Source of the DNA: Candidatus Electronema halotolerans | GTDB taxonomy: Bacteria > Desulfobacterota > Desulfobulbia > Desulfobulbales > Desulfobulbaceae | Direction of reading: 5' to 3' | Length of the DNA stretch: 32,000 nt | Assembly: GCA_942493095.1 (NCBI GenBank) | Contig: OW818675.1 | Span: 420,001-452,000 of the forward strand | Shown here: positions 9,811-18,848 of the stretch, in pieces | Layout of the letters: each line of letters opens with the position of its first letter | How positions within the stretch are numbered: the first letter of the stretch is position 1 | Position numbers and translations under genes: made by a program | Notes under the pieces: generated by a model | The model's input: the letters and a program-made list of their open reading frames with translations, nothing else | What the model was told of the DNA's origin: nothing | Database searches by the model: none

Positions 9811-10119
9811 GTCACAATGACACTCCGGGGCGCCCTGGGTTATGACATACTATATGTGGCAAAGCCACTTTATAAGTCACAATGACACTCCGGGGTGCCC
9901 TGGGTTATGACTGTTATCTTCGGCAATTGATCCTGCAACTGAAAGTCACAATGACACTCCGGGGCGCCCTGGGTTATGACCAGATGCCCCATATAGCAGC
10001 CTTGTTTTTGTGTCACAATGACACTCCGGGGTGCCCTGGGTTATGACAATTGCATCACCAGAAAAACTACGTAGATTTGTAAAGTCACAATGACACTCCG
10101 GGGCGCCCTGGGTTATGAC
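9811..10119 (+). CRISPR. CRISPR array 1: 5 repeats, 4 spacers (29, 33, 31, 36 nt)
   Basis: Repeats at 9811, 9876, 9945, 10012 and 10084, all 36 nt: GTCACAATGACACTCCGGGGYGCCCTGGGTTATGAC. The Y polymorphism lies in the predicted hairpin loop. Confidence 0.95.
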
Positions 10120-10151
10120 TGTCTGATTTAACCCTTCACCATTTCAATCCT

Positions 10152-10167
10152 GTCACGCCACAATGAC
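10152..10167 (+). repeat. Truncated sixth repeat remnant GTCACGCCACAATGAC
   Basis: Lies 32 nt (one spacer length) after repeat 5 and matches the repeat 5' end GTCACAATGAC with a short insertion. Contains the ATG of the downstream antitoxin ORF. Confidence 0.45.
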
Positions 10168-10381
10168 TGTTGCGCAGTTATACAAGCGATATATCCAGCC
10201 GATATCAGCCGCTGATCAACTTGAGCTGATCGCCTTGATCAGCAGACAATTGATCAACCGGCCTGAACGGCAGCAGCGGAGCCTGCTGGAGTTGGAAGGA
10301 CTTGGGGCCGAAATATGGGAAGGTGTTGACCCGCAGCAATATGTTGATGCGCTGCGGAATGAATGGGAAAACCGCCTGTGA
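10163..10381 (+). CDS. VapB-type antitoxin (small, acidic C-terminus)
   Basis: 72 aa. LELEGLGAEIWEGVDPQQYVDALRNEWE is a pattern common in antitoxins paired with PIN toxins. Overlaps the downstream PIN gene. Confidence 0.6.
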   Translation: MTVAQLYKRYIQPISAADQLELIALISRQLINRPERQQRSLLELEGLGAEIWEGVDPQQYVDALRNEWENRL

Positions 10382-10824
10382 CAAGTCCTGAGTCTGCTTT
10401 CACAAAGATAACAGTGCTGGGAATTGACACGGCTCCGTTTATTTATTTTGTCGAACGGCATCCAGTTTATCTGCCGGTCATCCGGGATATTTTCAGGCGG
10501 ATTGATCAAGGATTCATGCGGGGCTGCGCTTCGGTGATCACGCTGACTGAAGTGCTTGTTCAGCCCAAGCGTTGCGGAAAAATCGCCTTGGAACGAGAAT
10601 ACCGCGATCTCCTGCTGTGCAGCAGAAATTTTGAACTTATCCCGATAGATGCGGCAATTGCCGAGCAGGCGGCGGAACTGCGGAGCCGCCATAACCTGCG
10701 AACGCCTGACGCGCTTCAGATTGCGGCCAGCCTTTCCGGTGGTTGCGAAGCATTTCTGACCAATGACAAGCAGCTCAAGCGCGTTGAGGACTTGGCAGTG
10801 CTGGTGCTGGATGATTTTGTATAA
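10363..10824 (+). CDS. PIN-domain VapC toxin
   Basis: GIDTAPFIYFVE (N-terminal Asp), TLTEVLV, and RTPDALQIAASL..AFLTNDKQL acidic-residue pattern of PIN domains. The start is ATG 10363 or GTG 10378 (GTGA overlap with the antitoxin stop). Confidence 0.7.
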   Translation: MGKPPVTSPESAFTKITVLGIDTAPFIYFVERHPVYLPVIRDIFRRIDQGFMRGCASVITLTEVLVQPKRCGKIALEREYRDLLLCSRNFELIPIDAAIAEQAAELRSRHNLRTPDALQIAASLSGGCEAFLTNDKQLKRVEDLAVLVLDDFV

Positions 10825-10998
10825 CAGACATGGACGAATGATGTCGGCTGCTTAAAAAATATATTATTTCGGACAGGTGCGAGTTATTGAATTATCATGC
10901 TGAATCTGCGTCGTTATTCGACAAAACCAACACAATGTAGTACCTTCGGCAAAATGAGGTGAAAATGGGTCAAACAAGGGGAGGTTTCCAAAAAACGC

Positions 10999-11028
10999 TT
11001 GACAACTATCTGGATTTACTGGTACGAA
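10999..11028 (+). promoter_or_regulatory. Leader-A sigma70-like promoter (TTGACA-18 nt-TACGAA), copy 2
   Basis: Same geometry as 8779-8808. The -10 element ends 10 nt before repeat 1 of array 2. Confidence 0.5.
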
Positions 11029-11038
11029 AAAAGGAAGA

Positions 11039-11212
11039 GTCACAATGACACTCCGGGGTGCCCTGGGTTATGACAATATATGATCACCTATCACATTACC
11101 GTGAGAGTCACAATGACACTCCGGGGTGCCCTGGGTTATGACTTGAGGTTTGCTGACAGTGAAACATTCATGTCTTGTCACAATGACACTCCGGGGTGCC
11201 CTGGGTTATGAC
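11039..11212 (+). CRISPR. CRISPR array 2: 3 repeats, 2 spacers (32, 34 nt)
   Basis: Repeats at 11039, 11107 and 11177, all the T variant of the consensus. Confidence 0.95.
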
Positions 11213-11214
11213 CG

Positions 11215-11242
11215 GTAGGGGCAAAAAATTTTTTGCCCCTAC
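11215..11242. repeat. REP-like perfect palindrome GTAGGGGCAAAAAATTTTTTGCCCCTAC
   Basis: Starts 2 nt after the last repeat of array 2. Confidence 0.85.
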
Positions 11243-11264
11243 GATTTTTCCGCGAAAAAAATTC

Positions 11265-11293
11265 TTGCAAAATCTGCATCATGTCGTTATATA
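11265..11293 (+). promoter_or_regulatory. Candidate promoter of the effector operon (TTGCAA-17 nt-TATATA)
   Basis: The -10 element ends 6 nt before the cmr1-like ATG (11300), so the mRNA would be leaderless or nearly so. No Shine-Dalgarno sequence is visible. Confidence 0.4.
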
Positions 11294-11299
11294 TCGGAC

Positions 11300-12328
11300 A
11301 TGACTCAGCTCCCCTACAGCATCTCTTCACGCACTCCCATCGTCACTGGTGACAACGACCACCGAAACACTGAACTGCAAGCCGCCGGACTGCTCGGCAG
11401 CCTGCGCTATCAATACTGGCTGCTCAAGGCCATGCAGGCGTGGGAGAAAAATCCGCAGCATCCTGTTTATCCGCCGTATTCCGCTGATCTTTCACCCGCA
11501 GGCAGCAAAAATTTCACAGAGGAACTGCGTAAGGCCGGGCCAGTCGTGCAGCTTTTTGGTGCCACGAACTGGAAAAAGATGTTCCGGCTGGAGATTGCCG
11601 AAGCGGTGCAAAGAGAGCAGCAGTCCTGCTCGGCCCGCGCAAATGACCGCATTGCTCCGTGGCAGTGGACGTTCAAACTCATTTTCCGCCACGACAGAAA
11701 CAGCCCGATTTTTAACAAGCTGGCGGACAAGGAAGGCTTCAGCTTGGCAGATGAGCTGCACAGCCTGATGGCTTTTGTGCATCAGTATGGCTGGCTGGGC
11801 GCGGCCCCGCAGAACGGGCTGGGCTGGGTAAAAGTGCAGAGCGAGGAACTTGGAACGGTCATCCTGCCGCAAGAAAATCCGGTCTTTGCGGCAAAGGATA
11901 TTCTGTTGAATAGAAAAGAATCAAAAAGACTGCAAGATACGCTGCGCGACTATTACCGCGACAAGTACAGCAATTTGGCCGCCCCGCATTGGAAACGGGG
12001 ACGATATCTGCACAGCTTAGAGCATCTGGACAAACAGTCTCCGCCAATCGGCTACGAAATCCGCCGCTGGCTGCGGGATCAGATGTTTCCGCCTGACCGA
12101 TATAAAAACAAGCAGGAGGAATATTTCGGCAACCAGAAACATGCCGGTTTTGTTCATGTCACGCATCCCGTTGTTCAGTCGGACGGCGGCTGGTTGCTCA
12201 GATTACGCTTTGCGGCCCGCCCGGATACGACTGGCGACACAACGCGGCTGTATCCCGATCATCTCGATATTGCGCCGCAGTTCTGGCTTGATTACTGCGA
12301 AAAACTTCTGAAAGCGAAAGATGACTAA
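11300..12328 (+). CDS. cmr1: Type III RAMP protein, Cmr1-like (Cas7 group)
   Basis: TPIVTGDND..AGLLGSLRYQYW, LFGATNWKKMFRLEI, and the G-rich loop GWLGAAPQNGLGWV. A second RAMP half has YFGNQKHAGFVHV. First gene in the III-C gene order. Confidence 0.6.
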   Translation: MTQLPYSISSRTPIVTGDNDHRNTELQAAGLLGSLRYQYWLLKAMQAWEKNPQHPVYPPYSADLSPAGSKNFTEELRKAGPVVQLFGATNWKKMFRLEIAEAVQREQQSCSARANDRIAPWQWTFKLIFRHDRNSPIFNKLADKEGFSLADELHSLMAFVHQYGWLGAAPQNGLGWVKVQSEELGTVILPQENPVFAAKDILLNRKESKRLQDTLRDYYRDKYSNLAAPHWKRGRYLHSLEHLDKQSPPIGYEIRRWLRDQMFPPDRYKNKQEEYFGNQKHAGFVHVTHPVVQSDGGWLLRLRFAARPDTTGDTTRLYPDHLDIAPQFWLDYCEKLLKAKDD

Positions 12329-13076
12329 ATTTCAGGCCGCTGCCCAAGACAAGCACCTTTGGCAGCCCGATTACGCCAGCCTGCCGCACAATCTGCCCAG
12401 CCTCCCTGACCCGGAAATCTCCGGCTGCTCCTTCCGCTTCTTCTGCACCTTCACCCTGCAAACTTGCTTCTTCTCAGGCCGCGACCGAGCGGGCGCAGAA
12501 AAAGAGGCTGGCAACGAGCATGATCACACGTTGAACAACCATCTCTGCCGGGACTGGGTTTCTGGTCATCCATTAGCCAAGGCCGGGGCGTGGAAGCGGC
12601 TTTTCCGTTCCTGCTGGCCGAAAGATAATGCCAAAGATATCGAACGTCTTTTCGGGCCGGAACCAAAACATCCCAACGAAGAGGAAAAACTGAGCAAGGC
12701 TGAGTTGAAATTTCATCACGCCGTTTTTCCTCTGAACAGCACCGGCAAAGCTCTGATTGCGCCGCGAGACCAGAAAACCGGCACGGTCAATCACGGCCCG
12801 ATCACCTATGAAGTGGTGAAGGCAGGCAGCCGCTGCGAGGTAGTGATTGATTATCTGCCGCGCCGCGCTTGCAATCCGGCAGCGGCGGAAAAGGTGCTCT
12901 GGAAGCTGTGGCGGGCCGCCTTGGAAGTTAAAACTCAAGGCGCGGCCATTGGCGGCAAGTCCGGCATTTGGGGGCGTGGCCGGTTTTATCTGACTGAAAT
13001 GTCTGTAATGCGCAGCCCTGACATGCCGCGCAGCAAGTCCAACGAGTCAATCAAAGACCGGAGTGCGGCCCGATGA
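12321..13076 (+). CDS. cmr6: Type III RAMP protein, Cmr6-like (Cas7 group)
   Basis: FTLQTCFFSG..GHPLAKAGAWKRLFRS, RLFG, KFHHAVF, and C-terminal IGGKSGIWGRGRF G-rich loop. 8-nt overlap with the upstream gene and ATGA overlap with cas10. Confidence 0.55.
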   Translation: MTKFQAAAQDKHLWQPDYASLPHNLPSLPDPEISGCSFRFFCTFTLQTCFFSGRDRAGAEKEAGNEHDHTLNNHLCRDWVSGHPLAKAGAWKRLFRSCWPKDNAKDIERLFGPEPKHPNEEEKLSKAELKFHHAVFPLNSTGKALIAPRDQKTGTVNHGPITYEVVKAGSRCEVVIDYLPRRACNPAAAEKVLWKLWRAALEVKTQGAAIGGKSGIWGRGRFYLTEMSVMRSPDMPRSKSNESIKDRSAAR

Positions 13077-13459
13077 GCGAAGCCCAAATCAGCGCGGCCT
13101 TGGAGCAGCACTGCCGCTTCCTCGCTTATGTGCGCGTGAATGCGTTGCTGCATGATGGAGACAAGGTCACGTCAGAGTTTCTGCGCTGGTCGATGGATAA
13201 AAAAAGCGTTCCGAAAGAAGAATATCCCGGACATGAAACATCTTCCCCGGAAGAACGGCTGAATTTTCTGGCAAGCAAGGAAGAGCTGTTCCCACGGCAT
13301 GAGCTGGAGCCAATTGCTGCCCCTGTGCGTCGGGTCGCCTTGGAACCTGACATGCTGCGGAAGGAACAGGCTGCCGACATATTGCAGCAATATATCGGGA
13401 ACGAAAATTTTATCAGCAAGTTGGCATCCTCTCAGCTAAAGAATCTGGAAGATAATTTT
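13073..13459 (+). pseudogene. cas10: cas10 (cmr2-like) 5' segment encoding the HD domain, interrupted by an IS
   Basis: HCRFLAYVRVNALLHDGDK resembles the Cas10 N-terminal H...HD motif. The reading frame runs into the IS end at 13460. Confidence 0.7.
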
Positions 13460-14641
13460 GGCGGTCTCCCTCTTGAGAGTTGTTGAATAATTGTTTATCC
13501 TTCTGTGTGTGTCAACTATTTTAAAGAAGGAGGAAAAGATGGCTAAACTTGCAAAAGTCGGCAGTTTTTGTCCGAACCCCGCCTGTTCTGATTATGAGCA
13601 GCTTGACGGTCGAATTATCAGATATGGCCGCACTCGTGCAGGCGTTCAGCGTTTTAAATGCCTGAGTTGCGGAAGAACGTTCACTGCGACGCGAGGGACG
13701 ATATTTTATCGCCGCCGGACGGAGGATGCTGAAATTGTTGAGTGTCTTGCCCTGCTTGCGGAAGGATCACGGATCAGCAGCGTGAGCCGGGTGAAAGGGC
13801 ACAAGGAAGACACAGTCGCCGCTTGGCTGACGGAAGCAGCCGAGCATGTTGAAGCTGTTGAAAATGTTCTTCTTTCCGAATTCCGCATCAGCCGGGGCCA
13901 GCTTGACGGCTTATGGTCTTATGTGAAGAATAAGGGCGAAAAAAAAGGACATGCGGAAACTGAGGCGAGCGGCCAGTTTTTCCGTTCGACGATGATGGAC
14001 ATGGACAGCCGCCTGCGTGCCGGGCGGGGATTCGGCAAATCGGAGACGGAAGCTTCCGCCGCCGTCTTCCGGCAGCTCAAGGAACGCGGGCATTCCGACG
14101 GCCCGCCGCCGACAGTTTCAGACGGCTGGGGCGGCATCCGGGAGGCGATGCTGGAAATTTTTGGAAAAGTTCCTGAATATTCCGGAAAAGGCAGACCTCC
14201 CTCGAAAAAGCGGCCTCAACCCGGATGGAAATATTTGCAAATCATCAAGCAGCGGGATGAGAAGGGGAATTTTCTCGGCACACGGCGCAAGGCGGTGCAT
14301 GGGAGCATGAGAGAACTTGATAAAATCTTTGGAAAAAGCACGGCCTATATTGAACGCAGCCATCTGACCATGCGGACTTTCAGCAGCCGCCTGACGCGGA
14401 AAGGCATCGCCTTCTCAAAGAGCATTGACATGCATAAAGCCGCCGCCGCACTGGAGGATATGTATTACAACTTCATCAAACCGCTGAAAACTTTGAGGCT
14501 GAATGCTGACGAAAACTCCGGGCTGAAATGGCTGCCGCGCACACCGGCAATGGCTGCGGGCTTGACGGACCATATTTGGACGCTGAAAGAGGTCTTCAGC
14601 ATGGTCGTGATTGAAAAACAACACTCAACAGGGTGACGACC
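13460..14641 (+). mobile_element. IS1-family insertion sequence (1182 bp)
   Basis: Imperfect terminal inverted repeats, 20/26 matches (GGCGGTCTCCCTCTTGAGAGTTGTTG versus the reverse complement GGTCGTCACCCTGTTGAGTGTTGTTT). Flanked by a perfect 8-bp direct repeat ATAATTTT at 13452-13459 and 14642-14649. Confidence 0.85.
13539..14636 (+). CDS. IS1-family DDE transposase (single ORF with N-terminal zinc finger)
   Basis: GGAGG RBS 7 nt upstream. CPNPAC..CLSCG zinc finger. LDGLWSYV, SDGWGGI and ERSHLTMRTFSSRLTRKGIAFSK match the IS1 DDE and C-terminal pattern. The stop lies inside the right IR. Confidence 0.75.
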   Translation: MAKLAKVGSFCPNPACSDYEQLDGRIIRYGRTRAGVQRFKCLSCGRTFTATRGTIFYRRRTEDAEIVECLALLAEGSRISSVSRVKGHKEDTVAAWLTEAAEHVEAVENVLLSEFRISRGQLDGLWSYVKNKGEKKGHAETEASGQFFRSTMMDMDSRLRAGRGFGKSETEASAAVFRQLKERGHSDGPPPTVSDGWGGIREAMLEIFGKVPEYSGKGRPPSKKRPQPGWKYLQIIKQRDEKGNFLGTRRKAVHGSMRELDKIFGKSTAYIERSHLTMRTFSSRLTRKGIAFSKSIDMHKAAAALEDMYYNFIKPLKTLRLNADENSGLKWLPRTPAMAAGLTDHIWTLKEVFSMVVIEKQHSTG

Positions 14642-14649
14642 ATAATTTT

Positions 14650-17295
14650 CAGCTCGACAAAAAAGGCCAACAGAAACGTAATTTTTTTGATCAGGACTAC
14701 ACGTCGATTTTTACAGAAGGGCTGTTCAGCAAGCTGACTGGTCAGCCTGTCCCAGCAGGTGTGGACTGGCTCTGTGAATTTCATCCCGGCACCTCTTTGT
14801 ATGATTTTTACGCTTGGCATCACCGGCCTACTTTTCACTTAAAAACGAAGAGTCATGTAGCAACATCCCTGCTTTTTTTCTCTGCCGGAACCGGAGGCAT
14901 TGATGGCAACGACACTGGTTATGAAACCGAAATGGAGGCTGGCCGTGAAAAATATTCCGGGCATCACACTCCTGACACTGCGCAGGACAATATTGTTCTG
15001 ATCAGTACGCCGTTTGGTTTCGAGCGGCCTGTTGATCTTGGCTGTGCTGAGACAGCTTGTCATTTGACAGAAGAAATACAAAATGTTGTTGCAGCTCTGC
15101 GGCAAAACAGCCAGCCCATGCAGGCGGCGGCAGAGCTTGAAAGAAAACTTGAGCAGCCTTTTCGCAACACGGTCATCCGCACCAAAAGACCGATCAATGA
15201 CATAACCCTTGCTGATCATTCCATTTCAACTGCTGCCTTGACAGTTGCCCAAGCAGCAAGGGCAGTGCTTGAAAACATCGCGGCCCCGGATGACACCGCT
15301 TACTGTCTGCCAGTCAGAAGACCGTGCAAAGATAGACCCAGCCAGCAAACTTGCTTTGCCGCCTTCAGTTGCGCAGTCAATGCGGACAAGCTCGACCAGA
15401 TGGCTTTGGAACTCAAAGACATCACCGCCATTCGGGACGAGGTGAACAAGCTGCTCAATTATTTTATCCTCTTGTTTTCTGAGGAATATCCGGTTGGCGG
15501 GAAGGTGTATCAAGATCAGCACGGCGCGCATGTCGTGGTGCCGGTGCTGGGTAATCCAGCCAAACGCTGGATTAAAGGCGGCGCAGACAAGCTGATCAGG
15601 CTTGAGGAGCAGACGCAGCAGCCTGAATGGGCGGACGCGCCGCTGGATGCCCTGACCGATGAGCAGTTTGTCGATTGGCTCTTTGCCACGGCAGAAAGAG
15701 AGTTACAGAAATTTCCGGTTTACTTTGGTGCGGAACTGCTGATCGGTCTGCGTTACAATCCGATTATGCAGCAATTGAACAGGCTGGCCCATGCGATTGA
15801 CTGGAGCCGGGAAATTTCTTGGTTCAGCAGGGCTGCCGGTCGTGCTCTGCGCAAAGGAGAAGGCGGGGGCTGCATTCGATTTTTCAACTATTTGGAAAGA
15901 GAAGTCACGCTCGACAAAAAAGATCAAGCAGAACCTGTTCCAGATTTGTGCGGAGTCTGCGGTCTGCGCATGGGCACTGACCGCAAGCACCGGAAATGCG
16001 ACATCTGCTTCAAACGGACTGATGATCATCGGGTGCTGCTGGAAGAAACCGGCGATATTGAAAAACTGGAACAGGCTTCCGGCGACAACCGGATGGTGCT
16101 GTTAAGCGTTTCTTTCAACCTTGCCGACTGGTTGGCAGAGAAATCCAATTCCGGGATTTTCTGTCACACGGCAAACAAGGCGAATAAGCTGAAGGAGCAG
16201 AAAACTGTCGAGCATCAACGCTTCAACAGCTTTGGCCGTTTCCGGCGTATTTGGCGGAGCACCGAGATTTTTCTGAATGAATTATGCGGCCAGATTCAGG
16301 AAATCAGCGGGCCGGGCGACGAAGACCGTTTCCTGATGCGCACTATCCTGCTTGCCCCGCAGGATTTGCAGATCATCCTGCCTGCGGCCAAAGCCCGCCA
16401 AGCTCTGGATGCGGTGTACGAAAAATTCAGCACGGAATTCGGCAGAGTCAGCGACCGGATGCCCTTTCATGTCTCCCTGTGCATCTTCCCGTTTCGAGTG
16501 CCGATCTACTTGGTGCTGGAAGCGGCCAGACGGCTGCGGCAGAGCTGCCTGAAAATTAAGCCAAAGCAGGTCTGGTTGCACAGAGCTGATCCAGAAGATG
16601 AGCATAGCAATCTGCTGCGCACGGACAGCCGCGCAGACTGCGACGACCGGGAGCGCAGCTTCACCTATTGCCTGCCCATGATCTGGACGCAGAACTATCA
16701 GCCGCCCAACATGCTGAACGGCAAGGATCAGTTTCACGCCAATATCCAAGTGAAGCAGGAAGAAGACGGTAACACGTCCTGGCAGTGGAAATTTGTCGGC
16801 GAGATAGGGCAGGGCGAAAAAAAAGGTGCAAAAGAGACCGTCCTGATGACCGACAACCGCTTGGCCATTGTCGAAATCAGCTCTGGTTTCAGCTTGGATG
16901 AACTGGCCCGGCCTTCGGAAGAGCTGGAGCCGAGCCGCTGCCACGACATCCCGCTCGGCTATTGGCCCTGCATCAAGGAGCTGATCAAGCTGGAATCGCG
17001 CCTGTCTGAAAAGCAGCAGCGCGGGCTGCGTTCCGTCTTGGCCATGCGGGAAAAACTCTGGCAGGAAAGCGACCTGCCCGGCGCAACAGCGGAGGAAAAG
17101 CAGAACTTTCTCCGGCAGAGCATCCGCCTGCTCTGGCAGGAACCTTCCCGCTTCGGGCCGACAAAATGGGGGAATTTGCATGATCACCAAAGAAATCTGC
17201 TGGAGGAAAGCTGTCTGAACGGGGCTGTCTTTCTCGCCTCAGCAGTGAAAAAACATTTGCAGCACAACGACGACAAGGAGCAGGATCATGGCTGA
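14650..17295 (+). pseudogene. cas10: cas10 (cmr2-like) 3' segment: D1/zinc finger/Palm2/D4
   Basis: RPINDITLADHSISTAAL (Cmr2-type), CGVCG-x13-CDIC treble clef, Palm-like strands RMVLLSVSFNLADWL and TILLAPQDLQIILP. In frame with 13073-13459 once the IS and one TSD copy are removed. Confidence 0.75.
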
Positions 17296-18295
17296 AGACC
17301 GGCGGATGCTCAAACTGTTCACCCTTGATCCGCTCCACATCGGCGTGGGCCAAGACATCATGGGCGAGGTTGACCTGCCTGTTGACCGGGAGAGTGAAAC
17401 CGGGGTGCCGCGCATTCCCGGCACGGCCCTGAAAGGCGGCTTCCGCGCTCATGCGGCATGGAAGCTGAAAATGGACGGCAAAAAGGACAAACCCTGTCCC
17501 GGTGATCAGCCGGAAGACGGCAAAACTGCGGCAGAGCGAACCCGTTCTGATTACTGCCCAATTGAATCTTGCCCGATCTGCCAGACCTTCGGTTTTCCAT
17601 CGCTGAACATTCAGGAAAAGCAGATTGCCGGACACGAGGGCCGGGTCTATTTCCGTGATGCCCGGCTGGCCTTTTTTCCAGCTCTGACCGACAAGGGCAC
17701 GCTCTGGTTTTCCACGCCGGGCCGGGCCGCAGCGTGGCTGGAGCTGAAAGGCTATGAACATCCTGAATTGCTTATGGCGGACGGCGACTTGGCCCTGTCA
17801 GTCAATCAGAAAGAGCCAATTCAGGATTTGCGGGTCGGCTGGATTGCTGTTTCCGGGATTGAGCAAAACAGCACGGAAGCGCAGGTGCAGCAGGTTGTTG
17901 AGGCTCTGCGGAACTCCACGCTGCAATTCCCGACTAAGAAATACTGGCAGCATATTGTCAGCAAAACCGTGCTGCTGGATGAAAAGCATTTTTACCGCTT
18001 GGTGGAAACCTGCTTGGAGCGGCGCACCTGCAACCGGGTGGATCAGGACACCGGCACTGTGGCGCAGGGCGCACTGTTCAGCTACGAAGCTCTGCCCCGC
18101 GCCAGTCTGCTGTGCAGCCGGATTTTTGCCGAGACATCGTTGCCCGGCACGATTGAGGGCGGCTATGATTCGCCGCTGGCGGTCTGCAAGCTGGCCAAGG
18201 AAGGCTTTGCCCGCATGGGCATTGGCGGGATGCAGACCAGAGGCTTAGGTTCGCTGCTGATTGAGCTGTCAAGCAGGGAGGTCGGCAATGGCTGA
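17288..18295 (+). CDS. cmr4: Cmr4-like Cas7 backbone RAMP
   Basis: LHIGVGQDIMGEVDLPVDRESETGVPRIPGTALKGGFR, CPICQTFG, RVYFRDA, TGTVAQGALFSYEALP, GIGGMQTRGLG. Confidence 0.8.
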   Translation: MAEDRRMLKLFTLDPLHIGVGQDIMGEVDLPVDRESETGVPRIPGTALKGGFRAHAAWKLKMDGKKDKPCPGDQPEDGKTAAERTRSDYCPIESCPICQTFGFPSLNIQEKQIAGHEGRVYFRDARLAFFPALTDKGTLWFSTPGRAAAWLELKGYEHPELLMADGDLALSVNQKEPIQDLRVGWIAVSGIEQNSTEAQVQQVVEALRNSTLQFPTKKYWQHIVSKTVLLDEKHFYRLVETCLERRTCNRVDQDTGTVAQGALFSYEALPRASLLCSRIFAETSLPGTIEGGYDSPLAVCKLAKEGFARMGIGGMQTRGLGSLLIELSSREVGNG

Positions 18296-18848
18296 ATTTG
18301 CGTATCAGGAACCGGCCCGGATGAAGTTGGGGCGGGAAATATATGACCGCTATTGCAGAGAAAACAAGCAGGGCAATGCCGTCTCTCTGCTCAGTGATGC
18401 CATGACCGTGCTGCGTCAGCTTGGCCCGGCAGGGCTGGATGTCTGGATTGACCTTGATGCAGCCAAACGCGGCTTTCTCCGTCATGCGTGGCAGGAGAAC
18501 GCGCCTGATGAAATGGCCGCCTCGCTCAAAGCGCGGCAAGAGGATGCGGACACGGCTTGGGCGGAGATTGAAGACCTGATGCAGGTGCTGCGCTGCGCCA
18601 AGTATTTACTCAGTGATGCCATGACTGTGCTGCGTCAGCTTGGCCCGGCAGGACTGGATGTCTGGATTGACCTGAAAGGAAAAGACGGTGAACGACAGTT
18701 CATCCGCAACGGGTTGGATGCGAAACTGTCCGACTCGCTCAAGTCACGGCAGCAGGACATGGACACAGCTTGGGCGAAGATTGAAAACCTGATGCAGGTG
18801 CTGCGCTGCGCCAAATATTACGCCAAGACCCAGGAAAAAGATGAGTGA
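18288..18848 (+). CDS. cmr5: Cmr5-like small subunit (Cas11) with internal tandem duplication
   Basis: Position between cmr4 and cmr3 and all-helical composition. The segment LLSDAMTVLRQLGPAGLDVWIDL...AW..IE.LMQVLRCAKY occurs twice (18387-18605 and 18606-18818). Start ATG at 18288 (ATGGCTGA overlap). Confidence 0.6.
   Translation: MAEFAYQEPARMKLGREIYDRYCRENKQGNAVSLLSDAMTVLRQLGPAGLDVWIDLDAAKRGFLRHAWQENAPDEMAASLKARQEDADTAWAEIEDLMQVLRCAKYLLSDAMTVLRQLGPAGLDVWIDLKGKDGERQFIRNGLDAKLSDSLKSRQQDMDTAWAKIENLMQVLRCAKYYAKTQEKDE

Noticed and set aside
9811-10119. Opposite transcriptional orientation of the repeats. The reverse-complement 3' end, ATTGTGAC, resembles the classical ATTG(A/C)(A/G)AC 8-nt crRNA handle.
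   Set aside because: All four arrays have sigma70-like promoters 10-11 nt upstream in the GTCACAATGAC orientation. Degenerate repeats lie at the promoter-distal ends. The repeat hairpin sits exactly 8 nt from the 3' end only in this orientation. The question remains open until crRNA ends are mapped.
11349-11768. 139-aa alternative-frame ORF inside the cmr1-like gene
   Set aside because: It is out of frame within a gene that has RAMP motifs, and its composition is Arg/Ser/Cys-rich and non-protein-like.
14611-14649. TTG start at 14611 for an 894-aa ORF
   Set aside because: The first 13 codons lie inside the IS right end and TSD. The ORF is the 3' part of a disrupted cas10, not a native gene start.
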